Shown: positions 17,846-27,249 of the stretch, one piece after another
How the letters are laid out: each line of letters starts with the position of its first letter
Position numbering within the stretch: position 1 is the stretch's first letter
Virus record (IMG/VR): IMGVR_UViG_3300041411_000129
Location: 1-64,000 of that record
DNA length: 64,000 bases
Reading direction: 5' to 3' (one strand)
The notes under the pieces: generated by a model
Database searches by the model: none
Told to the model about the DNA's origin: nothing
Seen by the model: only the letters and a program-made list of their open reading frames with translations
Made by a program: the position numbers and the translations under genes

Positions 17846-18373
17846 ATGAGTAAGCCAGTCAGTATTCGCTACATCCCAAAATGGTTGAGCGGTGCTATGA
17901 CGCACTACGGGACTGACATCAAAGAATTCGAAAGCATAGTATCGAGACACGATGTGGATCTTTACAAACTGGCGAACCATCTGTTCCGAGCTCGTCTGAA
18001 CAGTATGGGTCTGGATGAGTTCGTTTTCCCAGATGCCGATGCTGGTAAAGGCTTCAGCTCTGACGATGCTGTGTTCGCACTGTTCGGTGGTAATCCACAA
18101 CAGTTGGCGATCCCGCAATTCGTCCTGGGTTACTTCGACATCTATCCTGACAAGTACGATGGTATCATCATCGTCGAGCGGGAAGGTGGTGAAGTAAAGG
18201 ATGTTATGAAAGAACTGCTGAAAGCTGTCGCCCTTTATCGGGGCGTCGATGTGGCTTACGCGTCCGTTGTCTTCAGAAGATATCTGGAGAAAGTAAATAA
18301 AGACCTTGACCCAGGCAGCAGTCATGCGGTCGAACTTACTCGTGAGTTGACGAACAACGACCAACACGAGTGA
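17846..18373 (+). CDS. Conserved hypothetical/virion protein (phiKZ gp119 position)
   Basis: Between dnaB and capsid gene; ATG 17846 with SD GGGGA. Confidence 0.7.
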   Translation: MSKPVSIRYIPKWLSGAMTHYGTDIKEFESIVSRHDVDLYKLANHLFRARLNSMGLDEFVFPDADAGKGFSSDDAVFALFGGNPQQLAIPQFVLGYFDIYPDKYDGIIIVEREGGEVKDVMKELLKAVALYRGVDVAYASVVFRRYLEKVNKDLDPGSSHAVELTRELTNNDQHE

Positions 18374-18552
18374 TAAGTGATACATGTTATGCAAATCACT
18401 GCTATTACGGTGATATGTATAAACACACGGTTTCCATAACGCCTGCGGGACGTAGGATCGCTGTCTCTAGTCGACTAGTGACAGGTCGGCGTCGATCCTA
18501 AAATAGAAGCTTCTATCCTTCGGCAACACCAAATTGCAATTTGGAGCAATTC

Positions 18553-20739
18553 ATGAGCAAGATCGTAATTGACAAAAAATCCGGTATGCCGGATCTGGAA
18601 CACGTTTCCGCAGTGAAGATCAAAGATCACCTGCTGAACGGCACCGGCTACAGCACCGAAGCTAGCGACCTGTTGGCCGCTCTGCAAAACGGTAGCTTCG
18701 AAGCCCGCGGCACTCTGTCCCAAATCGCCGGTGAACTGGCTCCAGTGCTGCAAACCAGCATCGAGAACCAGAAAGCCGAATACGCCAACCCTGCCGGTCT
18801 GGCCGCTGCATCGTTCCTGAAAGCATTCGGTAGCAAGCCTTCCGACCTGCTGCGCCTGCAAACCTCGATGGAAGGCAAGTCGCTGACCGACGGCACCCGT
18901 TACGCTCACGCTGACGGCTCCGAATACGACAGCGTCTACTCCACCGAATCGTACGACAACCAGTCGCTGATCGACCACCTGTCGATTTCGATCGGTCTGA
19001 ACTACAAGATCGCTCGCCAGGGTCCGGCGATGGAAATGATCTACCGCACTGTGCCTCTGTCCCCAGAGCAAGGCGGTATCGACATCCAGATCCCGAACCT
19101 GTACGTCGAAAACACCCTGCAACACGCCCTGGACGGTTCCGAGTCGGACTTCGGCCTGCGCCGTGTAATGGACTCCGCGATCGACTTCACCGTTCTGAAC
19201 GACAACAGCACTCAGCTGATCCCTGGCTATAACGCCACTTCCGCTGCGAACTTCGTCGCCACTTCGGTTATCACCCCGTTCGAATACGTCAACGGTCGCC
19301 GTACCGTTACCACCTCCGGCCTGGCCGTTGGTAAGACCATCAACCTGCTCGGCATCGGCCAGATCGATTCCGTACAGCGCGTTGGTCAGGCTGACTACAC
19401 TGAAGCCCTGGACCGCAACATCGGTATCGAATCCGTGTTCCTGAGCCTCGGCGCAGACACCATTCGTTTCGACACCAAGGGTCTGCCTTACAGTCGCTTC
19501 GTGAAGACTCCAGAGCAAGGCGGTCGCGCCATGGCGCTGAACTTCCCGCTGACCACCCTGGAAATCAACAAAGACACCTTGACCTACAACGATGCCGCTC
19601 CTGCTGGCGCCGTGTTCGGTACTATCGCCAGTGGCGATTACAAGGTTCGTCTGAAGACCATCATCAACGGTCAAGCTGACGTTGAGCGCGGCACTGTGAA
19701 CATCAACGCCGGTTCGCTGGAAGTGATGTACATCAAGAACGCCGCTGGCGACAAGATCGACCTGGCTGCTGGCGTCGGCAAGACCATCGTTGATGGCCTA
19801 GCTGCACTGGCTACTTCCGCCTGGTGGCCTGATGCTCGCCTGACCAACACCAACCACCGTCACCTGGGCCTGATGCTCAACGTACGTAACGTGACCGAAC
19901 GTCTGCTGACCCGTCAGCGCGCGCCGTTCTTCGTACCGTACCCACTGAGCGAAAACCGCGACCAGACCGTAATGGACTGGCTGACCTTCGCCGTTGGTTC
20001 CTACATCAACAACGAAGCGGTGGGCACCCTGATCGGTTACCACGAGCGCCTGATGCGTCTGACTGGCGGCCTGCGTGGCGAGCTGACCGGTGGTGACTTC
20101 GAAATCAACGCACTGCCTATCGAAGGTATTGGCCGCTGGTTGGTCAACCCTTACGTTCAGGAACTGGACGTTGACTTGATGGAAACCGCTCAGTCGCAGG
20201 AAACTGTGGCAAACGTGGAAAACGGTATCGAAGTGCTGGTCAACACCCTGCGCTCCGTGTCGTTCGACATCCTGCAACGCACCAACTACGAAAACGCCTG
20301 CCGTTACATGGACGGTGGCGAGATCACTTCGAAGTGGCGCATTGCCCTGGTTACCAGCAAGAAGATCGAGCGCTTCATGACGATCCAAGGCGACAGCCGC
20401 ACCCTGGGTGCCGGCCTGAGCTACCAGCTGGAAGCCGATGTCGACCAGCGTCTGTCGGACGTGATGTACCTCACCATCGTTCGCGATGGCGAAGGCGTGG
20501 ACGCTCTGTCCGCCGGTGCAATGCTGTTGACTCCGACCCTCGTGTCGACCATCAGCGTTACCCGTAACAACCGTCCTGGTAACGAAGCTGTTGTACAGCC
20601 TCGCTTCCAGCACTACAACTTCCTGCCGATCATCGTCAAGCTGAACATCAAAGGCGTCGACGAGCTGCTGGAAAGCACCCTGCCTTTTCGTATCAAAGGC
20701 GACATTAATACCACTGATGTTAGCAGCCCCGCTCCGTAA
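18553..20739 (+). CDS. Major capsid protein precursor (phiKZ gp120-like)
   Basis: About 728 aa, extreme codon bias, N-terminal S-x-E protease motifs (STE, SFE, SIE, SME), C-terminal VQPRFQHY..LPII; start at ATG after GGAG. Confidence 0.92.
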   Translation: MSKIVIDKKSGMPDLEHVSAVKIKDHLLNGTGYSTEASDLLAALQNGSFEARGTLSQIAGELAPVLQTSIENQKAEYANPAGLAAASFLKAFGSKPSDLLRLQTSMEGKSLTDGTRYAHADGSEYDSVYSTESYDNQSLIDHLSISIGLNYKIARQGPAMEMIYRTVPLSPEQGGIDIQIPNLYVENTLQHALDGSESDFGLRRVMDSAIDFTVLNDNSTQLIPGYNATSAANFVATSVITPFEYVNGRRTVTTSGLAVGKTINLLGIGQIDSVQRVGQADYTEALDRNIGIESVFLSLGADTIRFDTKGLPYSRFVKTPEQGGRAMALNFPLTTLEINKDTLTYNDAAPAGAVFGTIASGDYKVRLKTIINGQADVERGTVNINAGSLEVMYIKNAAGDKIDLAAGVGKTIVDGLAALATSAWWPDARLTNTNHRHLGLMLNVRNVTERLLTRQRAPFFVPYPLSENRDQTVMDWLTFAVGSYINNEAVGTLIGYHERLMRLTGGLRGELTGGDFEINALPIEGIGRWLVNPYVQELDVDLMETAQSQETVANVENGIEVLVNTLRSVSFDILQRTNYENACRYMDGGEITSKWRIALVTSKKIERFMTIQGDSRTLGAGLSYQLEADVDQRLSDVMYLTIVRDGEGVDALSAGAMLLTPTLVSTISVTRNNRPGNEAVVQPRFQHYNFLPIIVKLNIKGVDELLESTLPFRIKGDINTTDVSSPAP

Positions 20740-20802
20740 CTTGGAGCTACCTCCGGAAGTAGTTCCGGAGCTGCCTAATCCTTAGTGGGATTAATGGGTG
20801 AA

Positions 20803-20834
20803 CATAAAGCCGGGACTTCGGTCCCGGCTTTATG
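20803..20834. terminator. Terminator-like hairpin after capsid gene
   Basis: CATAAAGCCGGGAC-TTCG-GTCCCGGCTTTATG. Confidence 0.85.
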
Positions 20835-20862
20835 CCGTCTACGGCAATTCACGTATAAAGAA

Positions 20863-20880
20863 ATTACAGACATACATTAC
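20863..20880 (+). promoter_or_regulatory. Putative early promoter for the operon containing the nvRNAP subunit
   Basis: ATTACAGACATACATTAC. Confidence 0.75.
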
Positions 20881-20951
20881 TAAAATAGGCGTAGTAGGAA
20901 AAGAGTAAAACCATTGGGGACCGTAGTTATATACACAGGGGCAATAAGGTT

Positions 20952-22067
20952 ATGGATAGTTCGGGACGTCGTTTTGTTCCGTTCGATAAGTTCACCTCTC
21001 GTGCAGAGTTGAGCGATCCCGATTTGAAGGGTCGTGAGAACGCAGCGTTTACAATGCGCTACGTTAATGCGTCAAGTCGGACTATAAGCGTCAAAACCAG
21101 AATGGGCGTGCATTCGATTCTCAAACCGAAGCAGTACACTCAGGGCGGTGAGTACATTGACGTCTTTCTCGAATGGACTATGACTAAGGAATCTTACAAA
21201 TCGACCTATGTTGATTTCTTAGACCGGCATCGAAATCCGCAAGGGTTAGCAGCAGAAATCATCAATGCCTTTGAAGCGAGATTGAATTCTTGGTCTCATC
21301 AGGGCCGGTTGACTACTCTCACGATTCATGTGGAGATTCAACTGAATGATGTTGTTAATGCCGGGGGTACTGTGTACTTGGAAGAGTTGGATCTATTGAT
21401 CTCGCTCGAACCAGAAGTTGAGAAGTTTGAGGAGCATCCGTTCAGTAACTTTAATCGGTTGCAGTATGGATTAGCCGCTGACCTACCTCACTTGGGTAAA
21501 GATACTCTGCTGTTCTCGATCAAAGCCGTAGACAATAGTTCTCTTAGAAATAGACATGATCGGTTTATGCTGTTAGGCAACACCGTTCACCATATTCCAA
21601 TTGAACGCGATTTAAGGTTACGTGACGGTGTACATGTCACAACTCGGCGACCAGCCGCAGTGAAGAACGTCATTGGGTCTGGTGCAACCATCCACACTGA
21701 ACATCTGTCGTTTGAAGATGCAGATGCTCGGTTCAACTTAGCTGACAGTATTGAGAAAGCCCAAGCTGGTGTTAGTTGGCAAGAAATGCGTAAAGAAGAA
21801 ATAGCCCGCAGAGCGCACGAACAGAAAATGAAAGAGTTCGATCGAGCTGGGGAGAAAGCTGACACAGACCACACGTATACGCGAGAGAAGACAGAGTCCG
21901 AAAGGGCATTCGCTCGCGAGCGTGAGGAATGGCTTCGCTGGAAACATCGCGAAGACGATGTTAAAGAGAAGACTAAAAACTTGGGCGACTGGATTCGTTT
22001 GGTCGGTGGGATAATCACATCGTCGCTAACTGTGTTAACGATGGTGGCTAAAATGAAACCTTCATAG
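20952..22067 (+). CDS. Conserved hypothetical protein (phiKZ gp122-like), C-terminal coiled coil and hydrophobic tip
   Basis: 371 aa; position before the RNAP subunit. Confidence 0.75.
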   Translation: MDSSGRRFVPFDKFTSRAELSDPDLKGRENAAFTMRYVNASSRTISVKTRMGVHSILKPKQYTQGGEYIDVFLEWTMTKESYKSTYVDFLDRHRNPQGLAAEIINAFEARLNSWSHQGRLTTLTIHVEIQLNDVVNAGGTVYLEELDLLISLEPEVEKFEEHPFSNFNRLQYGLAADLPHLGKDTLLFSIKAVDNSSLRNRHDRFMLLGNTVHHIPIERDLRLRDGVHVTTRRPAAVKNVIGSGATIHTEHLSFEDADARFNLADSIEKAQAGVSWQEMRKEEIARRAHEQKMKEFDRAGEKADTDHTYTREKTESERAFAREREEWLRWKHREDDVKEKTKNLGDWIRLVGGIITSSLTVLTMVAKMKPS

Positions 22068-22083
22068 ATGGGTAGGGGATGGA

Positions 22084-23736
22084 ATGCATACTTGGTTATT
22101 TGACGACTTGCAGAAGAGGATGCCTGTTTTCAATCAGGACATTCTGGATGGACTCGCCTATCGTGGCTTGGACGATGCTAAGGGACTCGTAGATCAGACT
22201 ATTGCGTGTGCTGAAAACAGTTATCCAGATGACTTCGAGTACAACGGATCTTACATCTGTAGTCCTCAGGAAGCGTACAGCGTTATGTCATCTTCGCTGA
22301 CACGGTCCGATCGTTCCACCCCCTCCATCGACTTAGCGCAAAGCGATGTCTACATGGTGAAGTATCAGTTCTCCTGTAATGGCGTTCAGCTATATCCGCG
22401 CTATTTCTGCTTGCCTGCTCCAAGGCGCGGTGGGTTGCTCACCATTACAGGTAAACAGTTCGCCATCGGCGATGTACTAACAGACCCTGGCCTATCGATA
22501 GGCCAGGACTTTGTGTTCATCCGTATGTCACGCGCTCCGGTTACATTCAAGCGCCTGATCTACACCGTTTTGAAAGATGGAGAAGATTACTCCGAGTACA
22601 TTGCTTATTCTTGGCTGCACCACCGGTCCGCCAACAATAACAAGAAGTCGGAAAGTGATACCATCACGCTTGGTAAGGTGATGTCTACTCTGCCGCATTA
22701 TCTCTTCTGCCGTTATGGCTTGAAAGAGACGTTCGCTCGGTTTGCGTATTGCGATGTTGCAATCGTTACCGAAGAGTTCTTGGCCGAGAACCCCGTTGAC
22801 CCTGAAAAGTATACCGTAGTCAGATCAGCCAAGTCCCGGCCGGCTGCATTGAAGCTGCGTGTGCATTACCCCGATATCGCTACAAACCTCTGCCTGATCA
22901 TTCCTAAAGCTGCTACCAATCAGCTGACCATGGCGTTTGCCTTGGCGTTCTTCTATCTGGTCGATCTGTTCCCTCAGGATCTGCTGGTTGAAGACTTGCT
23001 CGGCGATGACATCTGGAAGCGCTGGATGGGTTACGTTCTCTTTGGCGACCAGATGTCTGTTGGTAAGCTGGTTGAGAACGTGGTGAGTCACCTCATCAGC
23101 CTGGATGATTACGTGGACATCGAAGTACGCAAGACTCTGCTGGATGAAGAGAACTTGGATGTTGAAAACCTCTACGAGTTCTTTGCTTACATTCTCGTTC
23201 AGATCGATCACCTGATTGATTCGAAAGCGGAATCCATTGGCTCCATGTATGGTAAACGCTTGGTGACTGCGCAGTATGTACTGCGTGACATCTACGAGCA
23301 GATCTTCCGGTGTCTCTTCGAGATCACGAATAACCGGAAGCGTAAGCACACAGCGGATGACTACAACAAGATCTTGGGTAAGTTCTTTATGCCCACGATC
23401 ATCTTCAACCTGCGCAAGACTAGCAGCAAACCGTTTATGTCCAGCGTGTCTACCCCTGGCGACAACATGTTCTTCCGAATCACCTCTCGCTTGGTAATGC
23501 AGGCGCAAACGAGTGCTGGGCGTAAATCCCAGAACTTGAACGTGAACGATCCACAATCGTGGCTCGACGGTTCGATTGCTGAAGGGGGTAACCACCTTAT
23601 CCTTCCGAAGCACTCCCCACTGGGTCGTAATACGATCAACCCGACAGTGGAACTGGACGAGAAGAATACGATTGTGCGGAAAGAACACATGAAGCCAATC
23701 GTTGCACATATCGACGCGGCTATCGGCCGAAACTAA
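22084..23736 (+). CDS. Non-virion RNA polymerase beta-like subunit, N-terminal part (phiKZ gp123-like)
   Basis: 550 aa; LP...G.L.I.G beta-type motif, SMYGKRL, GR..INP; synteny. Confidence 0.85.
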   Translation: MHTWLFDDLQKRMPVFNQDILDGLAYRGLDDAKGLVDQTIACAENSYPDDFEYNGSYICSPQEAYSVMSSSLTRSDRSTPSIDLAQSDVYMVKYQFSCNGVQLYPRYFCLPAPRRGGLLTITGKQFAIGDVLTDPGLSIGQDFVFIRMSRAPVTFKRLIYTVLKDGEDYSEYIAYSWLHHRSANNNKKSESDTITLGKVMSTLPHYLFCRYGLKETFARFAYCDVAIVTEEFLAENPVDPEKYTVVRSAKSRPAALKLRVHYPDIATNLCLIIPKAATNQLTMAFALAFFYLVDLFPQDLLVEDLLGDDIWKRWMGYVLFGDQMSVGKLVENVVSHLISLDDYVDIEVRKTLLDEENLDVENLYEFFAYILVQIDHLIDSKAESIGSMYGKRLVTAQYVLRDIYEQIFRCLFEITNNRKRKHTADDYNKILGKFFMPTIIFNLRKTSSKPFMSSVSTPGDNMFFRITSRLVMQAQTSAGRKSQNLNVNDPQSWLDGSIAEGGNHLILPKHSPLGRNTINPTVELDEKNTIVRKEHMKPIVAHIDAAIGRN

Positions 23737-23760
23737 TTTAACTCAAGAATAGGAAGATGT

Positions 23761-25713
23761 ATGGCAAGCGACTCTCGTGAAGCGGAACGGATCTGGGACC
23801 TCGTCTTTGACGAGACCATCCGTTACATCGAGGCGAAAGCTGATGGCGTCGATGTTCGGGATGATTTCATTCTGGATCTTCGTCGCAGTTATGCTGAAAA
23901 CCTCGGCAAGCATCGTTATAACAACAGCAACATGGACAAGCTGGTCAAACTGACCTTTGCGAATCTTCGTAACATCGAAGACGAACTGGGTCAGCGCGGC
24001 GATCGCGAGAAGGACATCATCCGTCTTGGCGTTGAAGCGATGGTGGATGGTCACTTCGCTGAATCCGTTTTCGCCGATCCAAAGCTTGTTCGTGAATTGC
24101 CGCGTGATGCTGAGCGCGGTATGGAAGATGCAATGCGTCTGGCTGCTAAGCTGGCCGGCGCTGGACGCCGTCGTGGTGGTCGTGACGATCGTGATGACGA
24201 TCGTGATGATCGCCGTGGCGGTGGTGCTCGTTGGAGTACCCGTGATGATCGTGATGATCGGGACCGTGACCGCGGTGGCCGTGATCGTGATCGACGTGAT
24301 ACTCGCCGTAGTGGTCCTCGTGACAGCCGTTCGGTTAACGATGGTGCTGATCACTGGGACGTTCTCTCTGACATCGGTGTTGCTACTGATGAACGAGATG
24401 ATCGCGATGATCGTCGGGATGAACCACGTCGCGAAGAACCACGCCGTGAGCGTGAGCCCGAACGTCGTGAACCTGAATACGAACATCCAGAAGAACCACT
24501 GCCGCATCTGGAAGCTCGCAACACTCACGTAGATGGTCCTGACCATACGCGTGCAAACCCGTACGAAGATTACTGGCTGAATGATGAGCATTGGCGTGTC
24601 GCTCACTTGTCCGGCTGGAAACTTACTGGCGATGGTGAACAACTGATCACCGCCGTCCCAACCCTTTACGACGTCAACCAATACATCAAGTATTACGTCA
24701 TGGATAGCAGCGGCGAAGTCCGCGAGGAGTTAGTTGAAGTGGATAACGAAAACAAGCAATTGGCACACAGCCTGCGTGAAGATACCCAATCGATCGATGC
24801 TCCTAAAGCAGCACCTACCGGCGGTATCTCGCTGAAGGCGTTGAAAGAAGGCGTTACCGATATCAGCCTGGAGCTGGACAAGCCTGGTCTGAAGCTGGGT
24901 GACCTGATCAAGCAGATCCCTACTGACCAGTTGACCTTCTCCAACGCTCTCGCTGCCGACAGCATTATCAGTGCCGTATTCCAAGGGCGTGTTCGCCTGA
25001 ACTCGGAAGATGCACCGGTGCGTGTTGACGTGCAATTCCTGCGTACCCCTATCGCAGTGCAAGACAATGCTCAACTGGATCTGGTTGCCAAAGTCGGCGC
25101 TGCCAATACACTGACCCAGGCTGCTGAGCTGCTGGAAGAACTGAAGCCACAATTCGAGAAGCCGGTATTCGAGCTTCTGAACAAACGCTTCACCGAAAAC
25201 CTGCTGCGCTCCGCGAAATACCAGTTCCAATTCGACAAGGTTACCAAGCTGGACTTCAGCCGCCACTACGGCCGCTTCCTGGATGCGTACGGCACCAAGC
25301 GTGGCGCTGCCGAAGCAGCACAGTTCGCTCAGCGTGTCGGTCACGTAACCACCCTGTCCACCGCTTACGTCTCCGCTGAAGAAATCGCCGACATCGCCGG
25401 TGATCTGATCACCGACGTGAAGAATCCGAAGGCTCTGGTCTTCTTGGATGTTCTGGCAGTAGCGAGCTTCGCTGCAACCATCGACGAACTGGGCATCGGC
25501 CTGGCTCTGACCATGGACGAAACCGGTCTGGCTGTTACTCAGTCTTCCAACCGTGAACTCTTCACCACCCTGCGTGGTCTGTACTCGGCCCTCGAGCAGC
25601 AAACCCCGCCGGGCCTGAAGCCTCGCCTCTTGCTGTCCACCTCTGACAACCGCCTGATTGAAGTACTGCCTTACGCTTGCCGCCTGGAATCTTTCATCCT
25701 GGCTGCTGTGTAA
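23761..25713 (+). CDS. Conserved hypothetical protein (phiKZ gp124 position) with R/D/E low-complexity region
   Basis: 650 aa, strong codon bias. Confidence 0.8.
   Translation: MASDSREAERIWDLVFDETIRYIEAKADGVDVRDDFILDLRRSYAENLGKHRYNNSNMDKLVKLTFANLRNIEDELGQRGDREKDIIRLGVEAMVDGHFAESVFADPKLVRELPRDAERGMEDAMRLAAKLAGAGRRRGGRDDRDDDRDDRRGGGARWSTRDDRDDRDRDRGGRDRDRRDTRRSGPRDSRSVNDGADHWDVLSDIGVATDERDDRDDRRDEPRREEPRREREPERREPEYEHPEEPLPHLEARNTHVDGPDHTRANPYEDYWLNDEHWRVAHLSGWKLTGDGEQLITAVPTLYDVNQYIKYYVMDSSGEVREELVEVDNENKQLAHSLREDTQSIDAPKAAPTGGISLKALKEGVTDISLELDKPGLKLGDLIKQIPTDQLTFSNALAADSIISAVFQGRVRLNSEDAPVRVDVQFLRTPIAVQDNAQLDLVAKVGAANTLTQAAELLEELKPQFEKPVFELLNKRFTENLLRSAKYQFQFDKVTKLDFSRHYGRFLDAYGTKRGAAEAAQFAQRVGHVTTLSTAYVSAEEIADIAGDLITDVKNPKALVFLDVLAVASFAATIDELGIGLALTMDETGLAVTQSSNRELFTTLRGLYSALEQQTPPGLKPRLLLSTSDNRLIEVLPYACRLESFILAAV
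24166..24500 (+). repeat. Low-complexity coding repeat (CGTGATGAT-like; RDDR, EPRR)
   Basis: RDDRDDDRDDRR, RDRDRRD, EPRREEPRREREPERRE. Confidence 0.8.
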
Positions 25714-25860
25714 GCTTTACCATCAGGTTCCTGCTACGCCAAGCACAGAGGTGGTCAGTAATGTGGCCGCACCCATCAACTTAACCGTAATACTGTAGGA
25801 CGAATCCGTGGGCCCGTAATGGGCCCTCGGTGCATTATCCGAGAGGTAGTGTTTTTTTTT
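25714..25860 (+). ncRNA. Candidate structured RNA or attenuator
   Basis: Several hairpins, complementary loops and a T9 tract. Confidence 0.35.
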
Positions 25861-25878
25861 GCCTGAAAACAACAGGGG

Positions 25879-26523
25879 ATGACGATGACTTCTATCATCG
25901 AACGCTTGGCATTTGCTAATCCTGAAGAAGAAGCTTCTTTTGAAGCCTCCGGGATGGAGTACGAAAACGAGATTTACATCTCGGGTTATGATCTTCAGCA
26001 GATCGTCACCACAGCGACGTATCACGAGGGTCAAGAGCAATGGGGGATCTTTGTACCAAAGTCTGATCAGAACGCCTCCAGCGGCTCTATACGCGTTCGT
26101 ATGACCGAACACGAAGACAGCTCAGTGGTTTATGAACAAACCACCAAGACTGACGCTAAAGAGAAGGGTAAGCTTGAGAACGAGCGTCCTTCTGATGAAG
26201 TAATGTTCGGCCAGTTTAAACTGATGGCTGATCAGGGTCTCATCAAGATGCGCTATGTCATCGAAGCTACCACCCGTGATGGCGTTCCCTTCAAGTTTGA
26301 AGTGGACATCTTCCGTAACGGTAAGGGTGAGGTAGTTCCATGGGCGAAGATCGACGCTGAACTTCCGGATGGTTATGAACTGACCCCTGAAGAGATCCCA
26401 TTCACTCACGATGAACTCATCATCCTGACCCCTGCCATGAAAGTGGACCGTCAGGCTGAAGTGAACAAGAAGGTCGCTAAGTTGTACGAGACCTACTTCC
26501 GCAGTCCTAACGTACACGTATGA
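25879..26523 (+). CDS. CYTH-like (triphosphate tunnel) protein
   Basis: E-x-E near N-terminus, IRVR, TTK, E-N-E, KMRY, FEVDIF, KIDAE. Confidence 0.75.
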   Translation: MTMTSIIERLAFANPEEEASFEASGMEYENEIYISGYDLQQIVTTATYHEGQEQWGIFVPKSDQNASSGSIRVRMTEHEDSSVVYEQTTKTDAKEKGKLENERPSDEVMFGQFKLMADQGLIKMRYVIEATTRDGVPFKFEVDIFRNGKGEVVPWAKIDAELPDGYELTPEEIPFTHDELIILTPAMKVDRQAEVNKKVAKLYETYFRSPNVHV

Positions 26524-26531
26524 GGTGCTGC

Positions 26532-26681
26532 ATGTACGCTAACAAACTAGCGCTGGCTATTCATGCTGCGTTGTTTCCTACTGAATACAGTGAACAGCAG
26601 CGGCGTGAGGACGAAGCGTGGGCTCGGCGGCTCTATCAGATCAAACATCCGAATGCGATGCCGATATACTTCGTTACTTGA
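26532..26681 (+). CDS. Small hypothetical protein, 49 aa (not in ORF track)
   Basis: MYANKLALAIHAALFPTEY...IYFVT; SD GAGGTG. Confidence 0.6.
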   Translation: MYANKLALAIHAALFPTEYSEQQRREDEAWARRLYQIKHPNAMPIYFVT

Positions 26682-26694
26682 TGGCATAAGCCGA

Positions 26695-26743
26695 CATAAA
26701 GACCGTGGGTAAACCCACGGTCTTTATGCTCTTTCTTTTTTTT
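26695..26743. terminator. Bidirectional terminator
   Basis: CATAAAGACCGTGGG-TAAA-CCCACGGTCTTTATG plus T-tract. Confidence 0.9.
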
Positions 26744-26768
26744 GTGTAACCACCCTAGCAGTGAGTTA

Positions 26769-27209
26769 TCACATCGAACTAAGCACTTTGATCAGCTCGA
26801 TGATTTCTGGGATGTTCAATCCATTCTTGGCAGCAACCAATGTGGTGACAAACAGAATACCGAGACCAACCAATTTTTGAAGCTCACTCGGCGACCATGG
26901 AGCTGTTGGCGCTTGAGCTGTCGCAGGGGTTTGGAGAGGGGTAGGAGTCGGATTCTGACCACCGGCAGCCACGCCGAGACTCGAGGTCAGAATCATATCC
27001 TGCGTAGCCACGTCCAGGGTTGCGAGTGCATCCTGGATCTCCTTAGCTTCTGCGGTGCTTGGGTCCAACTGACGATCACTTGGAAGGAAGCCGTTGACCA
27101 ATGTGATCAACGTAGGCTCCCAGGTGAAGCCCACCGCCGGGTTCTTTGCCATAAGCGAGATAGCATCTCTTACGTTCATGGGAACCACCAGATGTCGTGT
27201 GAAGTGCAT
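26769..27209 (-). CDS. Hypothetical membrane protein
   Basis: P/T/A linker and C-terminal hydrophobic segment; start uncertain. Confidence 0.65.
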   Translation of the reverse strand: MHFTRHLVVPMNVRDAISLMAKNPAVGFTWEPTLITLVNGFLPSDRQLDPSTAEAKEIQDALATLDVATQDMILTSSLGVAAGGQNPTPTPLQTPATAQAPTAPWSPSELQKLVGLGILFVTTLVAAKNGLNIPEIIELIKVLSSM

Positions 27210-27249
27210 GACGGCCTAAGGCCATCATTAATCTACATTAACTCCCTGT

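Noticed and set aside
18475-20613. Long antisense ORFs opposite the capsid gene (399 and 271 aa)
   Set aside because: Shadow frames expected from strong codon bias; no SD or plausible protein features
20737-20778. Stop-codon read-through or -1 frameshift of the capsid gene
   Set aside because: TAA is rarely read through and would add only 12 further codons; the -1 frame stops within a few codons; only the +1 option has supporting signals
22084-23736. Split RNAP genes as pseudogenes, introns or inteins
   Set aside because: Split beta/beta' subunits are normal for this phage group; ORFs are intact with no intein or homing-endonuclease motifs seen
24166-24500. CGTGATGAT repeats as a DNA-level repeat element
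   Set aside because: Explained by in-frame Arg/Asp codons
25714-25860. tRNA, hammerhead or c-di-GMP riboswitch
   Set aside because: No cloverleaf or T-loop, no CUGANGA/GAAA core, no GNRA/receptor pattern visible
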